A program made the position numbers and the translations under genes. A DNA stretch of 64,000 nt from Candidatus Zhuqueibacterota bacterium. Its GTDB lineage: Bacteria; Zhuqueibacterota; Zhuqueibacteria; Thermofontimicrobiales; Thermofontimicrobiaceae. The notes under the pieces were generated by a model, which saw nothing but the letters and a program-made list of their open reading frames with translations, was not told the DNA's origin and searched no databases. The stretch is taken from contig JAPDQM010000003.1 of the NCBI GenBank assembly GCA_034505795.1, positions 12,557 to 76,556 of the forward strand. The letters are read 5' to 3'. Of this stretch, positions 20,128-30,373 are shown piece by piece (position 1 is the stretch's first letter; each line of letters starts with the position of its first letter).

Positions 20128-20289
20128 ATGGGCCTGGCTGAAACACCGACGAAAGCTGCCACCTGCGATGACAGCTTAGTAATATTATCATGAGTTGACC
20201 ATAGATGCACATCATTCGCCAGCGAGAGCTTCTAAAAAAACTCTTGCATTTGGCAACGAAATGCATTATATTTTTTTCAGCTTCATCTG

Positions 20290-20364
20290 CGGGGCGTAGC
20301 GCAGTCCGGGTAGCGCGCCTGCTTTGGGAGCAGGAGGTCCCGAGTTCAAATCTCGGCGCCCCGA
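20290..20364 (+). tRNA. tRNA-Pro (anticodon UGG)
   Basis: Cloverleaf readable: acceptor CGGGGCG/CGCCCCG, anticodon stem CCTGC/GCAGG with loop TTTGGGA, T-arm CCGAG-TTCAAAT-CTCGG. CCA is not encoded. Confidence 0.85.
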
Positions 20365-20439
20365 CAATTGATATTTATCAAACCCATCGCCAGTCGATGG
20401 GTTTTTCATTTCCACGACGTTAACAATTGGGCAGCTAAG

Positions 20440-21327
20440 ATGAAATGGCTATGGTTGATCGCTGGAATTATGGGGCTATTCAATCCTGCATTCCCAGTAG
20501 AAAAGTTCAATACTTCCTCGAAATTTCAAAAACATTTCCAATATTTTTCCAGGAAAGAAGTAAATCAATTCTTAGAGACATTGCAGCGGGAAGGGGTACA
20601 ATTTGAAGATCGCATTCGTGTAATCGCAACAGCACGGTTGGGAACGCCGTTCGAGTGGCAAGCCATTGGCGAGGGTAGCGGGATAGAACCCGCCCCCATC
20701 TTTCGCATCGATCGAACCAATTGTACCGCATTTATTCTGACCACGATGGCCTTAGCCAGCGCCCAAAGTTTTCACCAGGCAGAATCCTTAATGACCTATT
20801 TGAATTACTATCCGCTGCCAGCAGGACAGAACCCGGTTTCGTATCACAACCGCATTCATTTTACCTCGGATCGACTGCTTACTTCGCCCTATTTCGAAAT
20901 AATTACGAATGCAATTGCTGAACCGACGATGCTGGACACAGCCCGGGTGATCCTGAACCGGCAGGAAGATGGCACTCACTTTTTGCCATTGGATTGGGAA
21001 AAGGAAGTGGAACTGGCTTATATACCTAGAACACATATTACGCCTGCGCTGTTGCAGCGACTACCGGCGGTCTGTGGTGTTGCCGTGGTGCAGAAGGAAT
21101 TATTCAAAAATGGAATAATTATTGGGCATGAAGGCATCCTGTTGGATGGGAAGGATTTTATCCACTCATCCAAATATACCCGCCGCGTGGTTCGCGAAGA
21201 TTTCTATCGCTACACCCGAAAGCGAAAAAAATATGTGCTGACCCCAGTCTGCGATGGCATCGTATTATATCAGATGAAACCCGTGACGCCAGTTCATAGC
21301 TTATCGGTTCAACCGCAAAAACCATAG
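20440..21327 (+). CDS. hypothetical secreted protein (possibly DUF1460 / amidase-like Cys-His fold)
   Basis: Signal peptide (MKWLWLIAGIMGLF), then conserved-looking Cys (DRTNCTAFILT) and His (IGHEGILLDG). The family call is tentative. Confidence 0.4.
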   Translation: MKWLWLIAGIMGLFNPAFPVEKFNTSSKFQKHFQYFSRKEVNQFLETLQREGVQFEDRIRVIATARLGTPFEWQAIGEGSGIEPAPIFRIDRTNCTAFILTTMALASAQSFHQAESLMTYLNYYPLPAGQNPVSYHNRIHFTSDRLLTSPYFEIITNAIAEPTMLDTARVILNRQEDGTHFLPLDWEKEVELAYIPRTHITPALLQRLPAVCGVAVVQKELFKNGIIIGHEGILLDGKDFIHSSKYTRRVVREDFYRYTRKRKKYVLTPVCDGIVLYQMKPVTPVHSLSVQPQKP

Positions 21328-21352
21328 TCAGCCTTTGGTAGCATCGTCACGT

Positions 21353-21955
21353 TTAAGATCGGCTTACGATTGGACGAAAATTCAAATTGAGCACCACCGA
21401 AATGCCTTCGAGGGTGATTCGAACGTCCGGCGTTACTGCGTCCAAATTAAGCCGAAGCCAATAGTTATCCGGCGAGACAGTTATGGGGATGGGCTGATTC
21501 AGATCGGCTTGTATCTTATCTAGCGTCCTATGGAGGTCTATTTTTAGGTTGTCTTTTAATGCTGCGATGAGATGGCGATTGAAAATAGTGCGCAGCATGT
21601 TGTCAGCAAATGGCGGCAGGTTGGGCAGATCCAGCTTAACCAATTCTGGTTCCAGCAATTGGAGAAAACCATCGGCGAAAATCAACCTGGCTTCCAATCG
21701 CAGCTTTGCTCCGCCGATGCGAACATCGGGTGCATTGTTCACATTCAGCCGACCAGTGCCTCGGAGCGACAGGCAGAGACGATCGGAGGGTGCTACGCTC
21801 ACCTGAATCGCTTCAATGCTTAGCGGATCAGTGGGATGTTGTGAATAATGTAAACCACCCAATTCCCCTTCAAAGTAAGGCAGCTCAATTTTGGGTGGCC
21901 AGGAGATGCTTGCCAGGTCAAGTTGTATTTCCAGAGCTAATTTTGATGGTGGCAT
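21353..21955 (-). CDS. hypothetical cytoplasmic protein (about 200 aa)
   Basis: Start chosen at MPPSK, preceded by AAGGAGG with 8-nt spacing. Last gene of the minus-strand operon. Confidence 0.5.
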   Translation of the reverse strand: MPPSKLALEIQLDLASISWPPKIELPYFEGELGGLHYSQHPTDPLSIEAIQVSVAPSDRLCLSLRGTGRLNVNNAPDVRIGGAKLRLEARLIFADGFLQLLEPELVKLDLPNLPPFADNMLRTIFNRHLIAALKDNLKIDLHRTLDKIQADLNQPIPITVSPDNYWLRLNLDAVTPDVRITLEGISVVLNLNFRPIVSRS

Positions 21956-21971
21956 TTGAATTCCTCCTTGG

Positions 21972-23702
21972 CTAAAAGAGTGCTTTGCCATCCAGATTGG
22001 GGGGATGGATTCCAAATTGCCCGACAATGGTTGGTGTGATATCATAAATCCGGGCCTGTTGCACCACACCGCTGGTATAGCTGCCCGCAGCAGCCTTTTT
22101 CATTAACTTGCGATTGAACGGGGTGGCAAAAATTAAGGGGACGTATGAATCGCTAGGATATAAGCTGCCATGAGTCGACCGCATCCGATGACTTTTTTCA
22201 AAGCGAAAGTCGTGTTGATAATTGATCAACAGAATTATGTCGCCGCTATTATCCCCATACATTTCCTGTAGTCGGTCAACGGCTAAGATGTAGCCCTGCT
22301 TGTCGCCAAAATTCGATTTCAGCGCCGCAATATGATCGCCAGCCCGATGTTGATCGTAATGGTAGACTTGATAAACATTCTTTTCATAATCTTTGAAGAG
22401 AATATAATCCAGGGCATTGGCCAGAAAATTGTTAACGGTGGAAATACCCTGGTTGGCCTTGCTAAACTCCTGGAGCAGCTCGCGCAGATCTTTGAACGTT
22501 GGTTGTTCCTGCCAATCGATCTTTTCCCCGCGCGCTCGATACCCAAAAATGCCCCTTCGGATATAGATTTGAGCGGCTGCAGCAGTGACGGTGATAATGG
22601 CGTTGCAGGATGATTCGATTTCGCCATATTCTCCTTTGCCCAATACATCGTAGCCACAGCGTTTCAGCAGCGCTTTCACTTCGGCACGCGTAATCCGTTT
22701 GGCATCGTTCAATTCGGCGCCGGTATGTCCATGGTCTGAACAAATGACGAATAGCGTGTCATCCAGCGGCGCAAATTTGGAGAGGCTGGTCCAGGTTCTC
22801 AAGAACCGCCCCAATTGAGTATCAACCGTGTTGATCAGGTAGTCCCGCTGAGCGATGAGATCGCCATGATCTTGCAGTTCACCCCGGAGGTGGATGTGCG
22901 CCTGGTGATCGTGCCCGCCGAAATAGAGGGTGAATAGATTGGGCGGTGCATGCTTGTGTCGCACAAAATCTTCCAGATAGCGAATGGCATCGTCCATCAT
23001 CTCCCCGTCGAAATTTTCTCGATAGTCACCAATACCATCGGCAGCCCGCTCGGTGATAAATTGCGTTTGATTAAAAATGTCGGGGATAATCCAATCGATC
23101 GTTTTGGGATCTGCGCCATCAAAGCGCCAGGGCAGACGCCACGGAAAAACACCAACGATATGGTTCACGGCGCCCTTATTTTGTGATACGAAAAGATTAT
23201 AGCAGACGGCACATTTGTACTGTTCATGAAGGTAGTCGTAGATTGTCTGCGTGCCGCGGTTCATCATGCGACTCCCGCTCCCCTCATTCATAAAAAAACT
23301 CAGTGCTTCAAATTTTGAGTAATTCTCAGTCTTGCCTTTGGCCCCTACCGAGCGCCCCATCCGATCGAAGTGAAAGTTAGCGGTTATGCCATGGTGTTTG
23401 GGAAAAAGACCGGTAAAGATGGATGTCTGGCAAGGATAAGTATAGGATGGAAACGCGGTCACGCAGCGATTTACGACAATAGATTCACTCTGAGTAACAT
23501 TGTAATCACCGGACAGCGTAATGGCATCGGGAGAGCTGATTTTTTCCAGGCTGAGGCTGCCCACAATTTTTGATAGGTTGGGTAGGCGCCTGTTGGTATC
23601 CTCGCGGAGACTATCCTCGGCCAGCGTGTTATAAAGAACATCGCGACGCAAGCCATCGATGTCTATGATGACGACATGTCGGATTTGATCGGCCATCTTC
23701 AC
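21972..23702 (-). CDS. alkaline-phosphatase-superfamily phosphodiesterase / nucleotide pyrophosphatase-like enzyme (type I phosphodiesterase fold), no signal peptide
   Basis: Metal-ligand motifs VVIIDIDGLRRD, TAFPSYTYPCQTS (nucleophile region), VICSDHGH, STHGS. Confidence 0.65.
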   Translation of the reverse strand: MKMADQIRHVVIIDIDGLRRDVLYNTLAEDSLREDTNRRLPNLSKIVGSLSLEKISSPDAITLSGDYNVTQSESIVVNRCVTAFPSYTYPCQTSIFTGLFPKHHGITANFHFDRMGRSVGAKGKTENYSKFEALSFFMNEGSGSRMMNRGTQTIYDYLHEQYKCAVCYNLFVSQNKGAVNHIVGVFPWRLPWRFDGADPKTIDWIIPDIFNQTQFITERAADGIGDYRENFDGEMMDDAIRYLEDFVRHKHAPPNLFTLYFGGHDHQAHIHLRGELQDHGDLIAQRDYLINTVDTQLGRFLRTWTSLSKFAPLDDTLFVICSDHGHTGAELNDAKRITRAEVKALLKRCGYDVLGKGEYGEIESSCNAIITVTAAAAQIYIRRGIFGYRARGEKIDWQEQPTFKDLRELLQEFSKANQGISTVNNFLANALDYILFKDYEKNVYQVYHYDQHRAGDHIAALKSNFGDKQGYILAVDRLQEMYGDNSGDIILLINYQHDFRFEKSHRMRSTHGSLYPSDSYVPLIFATPFNRKLMKKAAAGSYTSGVVQQARIYDITPTIVGQFGIHPPNLDGKALF

Positions 23703-23758
23703 CCTTCCTTTCTATTTGCTTTTCAAAACTCAATGATTGGTTGGTATCGCCAAAGATG

Positions 23759-24601
23759 TCAGACTCGTTTTTTTGCAACCGGCTTCAGTTTTTCAGCACC
23801 AGCTTCATTATTCCAATGCGGACAATACTTGATGGCATCGCTGCCGCCGGTTTCACAGGTCGCCCAAATTTCCGGGGTGATCTTTTTTTCCAGCATGTGC
23901 TTGTGAACAAACGGGCAAAATGACGGCCGCACGCCCTCCAGCAATTCCTTGATCATCTTGCTCAGTTCGATACCATCCACCGGGTAGGAGGTTTTAAAAA
24001 TATTTTTGTGAATGCGATCCAGGTCCAGATAGAGCGAGGTCAAAATAGAGGAAACGCGCGAGACATAATGGTTATAATACAGGCTGCGCTCATAATCCTG
24101 GGCGATGTAGAGCATTTGGGTTTTGCGTCGCGCTCGTCGCACGATCAAGCGGTTGAACAGATACCCGGCAGCAGCCAAAACCAGAGCAATTCCGGTGAGC
24201 GTAATTGGCGCTGCCCCCATGAGTTGGCCAATTGTCAGGCCACCAGCCGCGCTGATGGTCATGGTAGGGACCGACTGCATAAAGTCCTTGGCTTTTTCAC
24301 CAAATGTGAGGCTCTCTTTGATGGACTCAAGGTACGCCAGGCGGAGCTTTTCATTTTCTTGAAAATTGAGTTCCCGTCCTTTGTAGACAATGTCCAGGCT
24401 GCGCAAACATGCGTTCATGGTAGCAACGACGCTGGTGATGTATTTTTTTTCATCCCCTTCGGCCTGGTCGATGATATCCTTCAAGCTGGCATCGACCAGC
24501 GTTGCGGTCTCGCGTGATTGTTCGTCATTGGAAAATTTGCCGGTCTGTGCCCAGACCATACGAATGGCAGTCATCGGCGGAAGTAGATTGGTACTGGCCA
24601 T
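23759..24601 (-). CDS. hypothetical membrane protein with a C-terminal Cys/His cluster
   Basis: Central hydrophobic hairpin (GGLTIGQLMGAAPITLTGIALVLAAAGYLF). C-terminal CPFVHKH...C...CPHW. 18 bp downstream of the rSAM gene on the same strand. Confidence 0.5.
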   Translation of the reverse strand: MASTNLLPPMTAIRMVWAQTGKFSNDEQSRETATLVDASLKDIIDQAEGDEKKYITSVVATMNACLRSLDIVYKGRELNFQENEKLRLAYLESIKESLTFGEKAKDFMQSVPTMTISAAGGLTIGQLMGAAPITLTGIALVLAAAGYLFNRLIVRRARRKTQMLYIAQDYERSLYYNHYVSRVSSILTSLYLDLDRIHKNIFKTSYPVDGIELSKMIKELLEGVRPSFCPFVHKHMLEKKITPEIWATCETGGSDAIKYCPHWNNEAGAEKLKPVAKKRV

Positions 24602-24619
24602 ATAAGTGGTCTCCTTTTG

Positions 24620-25651
24620 TCAATGATGATCGTTTCCGTGAAATAGACCATCGACCCTGGTATCACAATATTTACAATTTCCGGATAGAATATTATTCTC
24701 GATAATCTGATAACCGAATCGTTCGATGAGGAGCTTGCCACAGGCGTGACAGTAGGTGTTCTCTGCTTGATTGCCCGGCACATTGCCCAGATAAACGTAG
24801 CGCAGCCCCTGGTTACGACCGATGGCGTGAGCTTGCTCCAGCGTCGACAGCGGGGTTGGCGGATGATCCTGCATCTGGTACTGGGGATAAAAGCGACTGA
24901 TGTGCCAGGGCGTCTCCGGCCCTAACTCATTACTGATAAAACCGGCGATTTGCTGAAGCTCCTGGGGGGAATCATTCTCGCCTGGAATAATCAGGGTGGT
25001 GATTTCAACCCAGATATTGAGTTGCTTCATGAGCTTGAGCGTTTCCAGAACTGGAGCCATTTTAGCGCCGGCAAATTTTTTATAAAAATTATCGCTGAAG
25101 CTTTTTAGATCCACATTAGCCGCATCGATATATTCGCTGATGAACCGCAATGGCTCTGGATTGATGTATCCATTGGTCACCAAAACGTTTAGCAATCCTG
25201 CTTCGTGTGCCAGCCGCGCGGAATAATAGGCATACTCAAAGTAGATGGTTGGTTCGGTGTAGGTATAGGCAATAGAGCGACAGTTGTTGCGCTGGGCCAT
25301 GGTCACAATGTCCTCGGGATTGATCTCCTGGCCGTAATATTTTAAATCCCCACTTTTATTCACCTGGGAGATGTCATGGTTCTGGCAGAACTTGCAGTGG
25401 AAATTGCAGCCAACAGTGGCCAGGGAGAATGAACCTGTGCCAGGTGCTACATGAAACAGCGGTTTTTTTTCAATTGGATCAACATGTACAGCAATGGCAT
25501 GGCCATAGACCAGCGAATAGAGACGACCGGCGATGTTCTTGCGGACGCCACAAATGCCGATCTGCTCGTTTTTTAGTTTGCAGAAATGAGGACATAATTC
25601 GCAGATCACCCGATCCTGCTCCAGTTGGCGATAAAACATGGCTTCTCTCAT
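24620..25651 (-). CDS. radical SAM enzyme of the PFL-activase-like / AmmeMemoRadiSam-system type
   Basis: N-terminal CELCPHFCKL..GICGVR, LYSLVYG, DPIEKKPL and CNFHCKFCQN (CxxxCxxC). Confidence 0.7.
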   Translation of the reverse strand: MREAMFYRQLEQDRVICELCPHFCKLKNEQIGICGVRKNIAGRLYSLVYGHAIAVHVDPIEKKPLFHVAPGTGSFSLATVGCNFHCKFCQNHDISQVNKSGDLKYYGQEINPEDIVTMAQRNNCRSIAYTYTEPTIYFEYAYYSARLAHEAGLLNVLVTNGYINPEPLRFISEYIDAANVDLKSFSDNFYKKFAGAKMAPVLETLKLMKQLNIWVEITTLIIPGENDSPQELQQIAGFISNELGPETPWHISRFYPQYQMQDHPPTPLSTLEQAHAIGRNQGLRYVYLGNVPGNQAENTYCHACGKLLIERFGYQIIENNILSGNCKYCDTRVDGLFHGNDHH

Positions 25652-25676
25652 ACCCCACTCCTCCAGTTCCTGAGGC

Positions 25677-26222
25677 TTATCGTCTTTGCGATTGACTGAA
25701 AATGCAACCGCAGTAATCCTGTCGATAAAGCTGATAGGCCTTGCTTAATTCGATACTTCGTTTGTAACCATCTTTCTTTTTGAAATTCTCTTCTAAAAAC
25801 GCCACGCCGTAAGTCTCACCAATCTGTTGACCGATTTGATTGATCAGCTCAGCATTTTTATGGGGACTGACAGTCAGCGTAGTGGTGATGAAATCAAACT
25901 GCCCTGCGATCGCTGCTTGCGCCGTAGCTTCCAGGCGCATGCGAAAGCAAACCGCACAGCGTCTTCCTCCTTCTGGTTCTCCTTCCAGTCCCCGCACCAG
26001 TTCCAACCACTGATCCGCATCGTAGGGCGGGATAATAACCTCGACCATCAAACGGTCGCGAATTCTCTCCAGTTCAGCCAGGCGACGGCGATACTCTTCG
26101 GCTGGTTGAATATTAGGATTAAAAAAGAAACAGGTGATGTCGTATTGATCAGCCATTCGCTCTACCGGTACGACGACGCACGGCGCACAGCACGTATGCA
26201 ATAATAATCGTTTGCGAATCAT
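25677..26222 (-). CDS. queH: epoxyqueuosine reductase QueH (DUF208)
   Basis: LLLHTCCAPC motif followed by FFFNPNIQPAEEYRRR. Start taken at ATG (MIRKR). An alternative TTG start lies at 26267. Confidence 0.8.
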   Translation of the reverse strand: MIRKRLLLHTCCAPCVVVPVERMADQYDITCFFFNPNIQPAEEYRRRLAELERIRDRLMVEVIIPPYDADQWLELVRGLEGEPEGGRRCAVCFRMRLEATAQAAIAGQFDFITTTLTVSPHKNAELINQIGQQIGETYGVAFLEENFKKKDGYKRSIELSKAYQLYRQDYCGCIFSQSQRR

Positions 26223-26285
26223 GTTACCTGGCTCATTCAAATGGTGGCATTGATTACCTATCCGCAAATAACTTCCACTTCCCGC

Positions 26286-27770
26286 TCATGGATTGGGCGT
26301 AAATAGAACATCGATGCGACGGTTTTGAGCGCGACCGGCTTCGGTGTCATTAGACGCAATGGGTTTGCTTTCGCCATAGCCAATGGCCGAAATCTGCTCG
26401 TCGGTCAGCGCCATGTTAGCCATTAAATAGGACTTTACTGCTTTGGCTCGTTGGAGCGAAAGCGACTGATTGACGCGATCGTCTCCGATATTATCGGTAT
26501 GGCCTTCGATTACCACATGAAATTCATCCAGCAGTCGAATCACCCGTTGCAGCTTGGTCAGCAATTGAAAATATTCTGGCTCGATAACCGCTTTGCCCTT
26601 AGGAAAATTCAATTGCAATAGTCGAATCCTGATCTGATCGCCTTCACGGAACACCGCGGCTTCTTCCGAATCAAACAACGATTCGATCTTTTGAAAGCGC
26701 TCGCGTTTCTGCTGTTCTACTGCCAATCGCGCTTTTAGACCCGCTTCTTGCTCTTTGGTTTTGTCCAGCTCGGCCTTGAGATTCATAATCGTCCCATTGA
26801 GCGACTCGATGGTTTGATCCTGGTTCGAAATTTCATTGGCCAATTTTTGTTTCTCTTTTTGTAGATTAATTATGGCGTCAATGGCAGTCTTAACCGGTCG
26901 TTCAAAGCCGTCATTAAATTCAGGAGTGAATCCCAATTGAGCAATGATCTGGGACAGATATTTTTCATTTTGCAAAATGAGTTTTTCCCAATTGGCCTCA
27001 TCCTTGCGCAATGTCTGAATGACTCTGGATAGGTAAATGGCATGTTCTATTTCGTAAGCAGCAGCTTCAGCTTTCTGGCGGGCTTGAGACTTGGCACTGC
27101 GATCGCTGGTCAGGATTTTTTCAGCTTCCGCTAAAAGCAATTCGGCGTTTTTAAAGGTGATGGGTGCAAATTTATTGACATTTTGCTCTTGAGATTGCTG
27201 CAGGCGTAGTCTGGCGTTACCAATGATGCTGGCTTTTATCGCGAGCAACTCGGCTTCCCGATAGAGTTTTTCGGTGGCCAGTGCTTTTTCTTTGGCCTTA
27301 TCCAGGGCACCTTTTTCCAACGTCATGGTGGTTTCATAAAATAGCATCTCTGCCTTTTCATAAGCCGTCCTGGCAAATTCAGTGGCATTGGCCTCGAGCG
27401 CATCCTCGCGAGCCTGTAACAGGTGCGGCAGGGTGATCTTGGCCAGCTTGGCGTTTTCGACGGCTGACTCCAGCAACGTTTTCACCTCGCCGATTTTTTT
27501 CTGGACATTTTTGCCGCGATCGAAATCCTTCGCAGCCTGGTCGTATTCCTGCACCGCCTTAGTATAGGTAGTCGGCGAAAGCAGATCCGCCTGCTCCGCT
27601 TTGGCTTCGTTCAGAAGATCCGTGACTCGCTGAAAGACCCGCGCTTTGATGTCCTCCTGGGAGAGTGCGAGAGTAGAGTGCAGCAGCAAGGCCAGGATGA
27701 TGGATAGTGATAGCCAGTAACTTGAGAATTTTTTGTTATGAAAGACATGATGAAGACAACACTTTTTCAT
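26286..27770 (-). CDS. OmpA/MotB-domain protein with a long N-terminal coiled-coil region and signal peptide
   Basis: C-terminal OmpA motif (VIEGHTDNIGDDRVNQSLSLQRAKAV...NRRIDV). Long heptad-like repeats rich in A/E/K/L. Confidence 0.75.
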   Translation of the reverse strand: MKKCCLHHVFHNKKFSSYWLSLSIILALLLHSTLALSQEDIKARVFQRVTDLLNEAKAEQADLLSPTTYTKAVQEYDQAAKDFDRGKNVQKKIGEVKTLLESAVENAKLAKITLPHLLQAREDALEANATEFARTAYEKAEMLFYETTMTLEKGALDKAKEKALATEKLYREAELLAIKASIIGNARLRLQQSQEQNVNKFAPITFKNAELLLAEAEKILTSDRSAKSQARQKAEAAAYEIEHAIYLSRVIQTLRKDEANWEKLILQNEKYLSQIIAQLGFTPEFNDGFERPVKTAIDAIINLQKEKQKLANEISNQDQTIESLNGTIMNLKAELDKTKEQEAGLKARLAVEQQKRERFQKIESLFDSEEAAVFREGDQIRIRLLQLNFPKGKAVIEPEYFQLLTKLQRVIRLLDEFHVVIEGHTDNIGDDRVNQSLSLQRAKAVKSYLMANMALTDEQISAIGYGESKPIASNDTEAGRAQNRRIDVLFTPNP

Positions 27771-28126
27771 AGCACAGTCTCCTGAATTTTCTAACAGTCC
27801 AATTGCTAATTGAAAAAACGTGTTGCTATCCTTGAGCTCACAAGAAGATGCATTTTTGATTGAAAATGAACAGACCCGATGCGTTTGCCTATGACAGGGA
27901 ACGGTTCTTGCCTTGAAAACAGAGGTGATTCCTCAGTAATCAATTGTCGTTGGTCGAAAATTTGTCGGCGGTAAACTTGATCCCTGAAAAATGGATTTTA
28001 GCCAATTTATCGTTTGGCCTGGATAAGAATATATGCCAACAATCGCAAAAAGTCAAGCCGAATCTTTATTTTAATAAAATTTTCAGACGGAAGATGTGCA
28101 ATAGACGCAGGTCAAACACCAGTGAT

Positions 28127-28169
28127 CAAAAATAAAAAAGCTCCTTGGCCGGGCGTGGGACAAGGAGCT
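28127..28169 (-). terminator. rho-independent terminator for the minus-strand methyltransferase operon
   Basis: AGCTCCTTG-13nt loop-CAAGGAGCT hairpin, followed on the minus strand by TTTTTTATTTTT. Confidence 0.65.
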
Positions 28170-28236
28170 AAAAATAACAAAGCAAATTATCCTGAAGCTC
28201 ATTGTTAAGATTGGAATTGCTGTTCGATGCATCACC

Positions 28237-29016
28237 TCATTTATTACTCTTACTAAGAATTACCGAAGCATGATTTATGAACAACTCCCTTAATATCGAA
28301 AATTTCGAAAGCCAGTCCATTCCTTTAATGCCTTCATATTTTCGATATTTTATCATTAGTCCGCTGGAGGCAATAATAGACTCGAATCTTGCGATGGTCA
28401 TTTTGTTAAGTCCGGCTTCAACCTCCTCATATCTCTTCGCGCCATCATCTCTAAAATAGCTTCTTACTTTCATCACTGTCTTTTCAGAGAAGATGATATT
28501 GATCCACGGCATTTTACAAAAGAATCGCATATGGCTGCCATACGGTGCAAACCAGGGCGGCCCAAAAGTGATGAGTATTACACCGGAGTCATTGACAACT
28601 TTGCTCATATCGCTAAGAATCTGTTCCGGATTTGCAAAATGCTCAAAGCTATTATGAGAAAGCACTACATCAAAGCTATTGAACATACTTGGCGAAACGC
28701 TCTCGACAAAAGACAACTGTTGCGAAGAAATATTGTGATTCTTCGCATTAACCACCGCTTCTTTTAGCATCTTTTTGTTCGTGTCGATTCCAATAACCGA
28801 GCAATTGTATGTCTTGACCAGCGCGATGCATTGATAGCCAGCGCCGCATCCGAAGTCCATGACTCGCTTTCCGGAAACTAGAGCGCTTAGATTTGGGTAG
28901 ACCCGGTGCAAAATAGCTAAGGCGCAATCTATGGTTATCGCTTCCTTCTGCAGTTCGTAGTCGCTATCCCCTGGTGCTCTGGAAATAGAAAGCAAGATGC
29001 GCTCACTAATCGTCAT
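28237..29016 (-). CDS. class I SAM-dependent methyltransferase
   Basis: VMDFGCGAGYQCIALVK motif I and Methyltransf_11-like layout. Confidence 0.75.
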   Translation of the reverse strand: MTISERILLSISRAPGDSDYELQKEAITIDCALAILHRVYPNLSALVSGKRVMDFGCGAGYQCIALVKTYNCSVIGIDTNKKMLKEAVVNAKNHNISSQQLSFVESVSPSMFNSFDVVLSHNSFEHFANPEQILSDMSKVVNDSGVILITFGPPWFAPYGSHMRFFCKMPWINIIFSEKTVMKVRSYFRDDGAKRYEEVEAGLNKMTIARFESIIASSGLMIKYRKYEGIKGMDWLSKFSILRELFINHASVILSKSNK

Positions 29017-29056
29017 GACTAAACCTCCTTTAGGCTTGACTTAGCGAAATAGCATC

Positions 29057-30223
29057 TTATCGTTTATCGTCGTTCTTTTTCTTGGTATCGCCCTCAAGAA
29101 TCCGACGTAGCCGTTCCAATTCTCGCTCAGCTTTGCGCCGTTCCTCTTTGATCCGCTCTAACTCTTCCTCAGCGGACTCGGTTTCTCGCTGCTCCTTGAT
29201 AATCTGTTCAAATAACTCCCGGCGACTTTCGGCTTTTTTCATTAGTATGTCCTTATCGCTCAGTCGATAGACATTGGTTGGCAGCAGCACAATATTTAGG
29301 CCCAGATTGATGCGCCAGGCGGGATAGTTGGGCATATCATAGATTTTCCAGCCGTAGGTATAAAGCGTATTGTCCTTATCCTCAGTCAACCTTAGATCGG
29401 TGGCAAAAATAAGGGTTAGCCAACGATAGGCTTTGAAATGAACACCCGGTGTCAGATAGAGATAGTCCTCCACGCTATAGGCGGTCGCCAGCGGCGGCCG
29501 TTGGAGAAACTTGTTACCAAATAGCTCAATCGAAAAATCAAAATCGGCTGTCGGTATTTTGAAGCCAACGCCATAGATCAATTGCTGGCTCATGGCTGTA
29601 ACGCTGATATTATCGTTACTATAGCGAGTGAGTCGTTTGCCGACATCATTATGATTGATGTAGCCCAAATTCGCATGAACATTGAGATTGTCTTCCGGGT
29701 ACAGCGGATCTTTGGAATAGGTTAGCATGCCGGTGAAGCCCCACTCCACGCTACCCGCCGAATAGGGTTCGAACGGGACATTGTGATATTTGGCGGTCGG
29801 AAAGCGAGAGTTGAGACTCACTGCCCAAGTCAATGATGTTCCCTTAATGGCGTAAGAGCCCAATTTTAAGCCGAGAAACAGATCATCAGGCAAATTGTAA
29901 CCTTTGCCACCCTTGTGATTGTCCTGATACATAATTGGCGATAGGGCAAATTCGATATGATCGCCAATGCCGTAATTCAGGCTGAGCGCCCCCTGAACAT
30001 CCCAATAGGTGACGGCCTGACTTTGATTGGGCGCTAAGGCTGCCACTTTACCAAAGAAGCGGGTGCGGGCCGATAGGGTCAGATAGCCGGGCTTCAAATT
30101 CCAGGCGGATCTCACATAAACCAGACCATTGCTGCCATTCAAATTATTGGCATAGGTCAGCGGCAGTACTGCAAACAGCAGTACTAACATTATCCCCCCC
30201 CCAGCGATCAGGCGTAATTTCAT
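29057..30223 (-). CDS. putative outer-membrane beta-barrel protein with a highly charged C-terminal coiled-coil tail
   Basis: Signal peptide, alternating aromatic/beta-strand pattern, C-terminal ESRRELFEQIIKEQRETESAEEELERIKEERRKAERELERLRR. Confidence 0.45.
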   Translation of the reverse strand: MKLRLIAGGGIMLVLLFAVLPLTYANNLNGSNGLVYVRSAWNLKPGYLTLSARTRFFGKVAALAPNQSQAVTYWDVQGALSLNYGIGDHIEFALSPIMYQDNHKGGKGYNLPDDLFLGLKLGSYAIKGTSLTWAVSLNSRFPTAKYHNVPFEPYSAGSVEWGFTGMLTYSKDPLYPEDNLNVHANLGYINHNDVGKRLTRYSNDNISVTAMSQQLIYGVGFKIPTADFDFSIELFGNKFLQRPPLATAYSVEDYLYLTPGVHFKAYRWLTLIFATDLRLTEDKDNTLYTYGWKIYDMPNYPAWRINLGLNIVLLPTNVYRLSDKDILMKKAESRRELFEQIIKEQRETESAEEELERIKEERRKAERELERLRRILEGDTKKKNDDKR

Positions 30224-30373
30224 AATTCAAACCTCCAAGTTGATGTCATGATTCAAAAGAAGCAATACCAAATAACTTCGGTTTGATGCCTTTAATTTAC
30301 TTCTTTTTTATAAATTGTCAATAGATATTTTTGTTGTTACAACAACTTAATTGGAAATAACTGGCGAAAAAAA

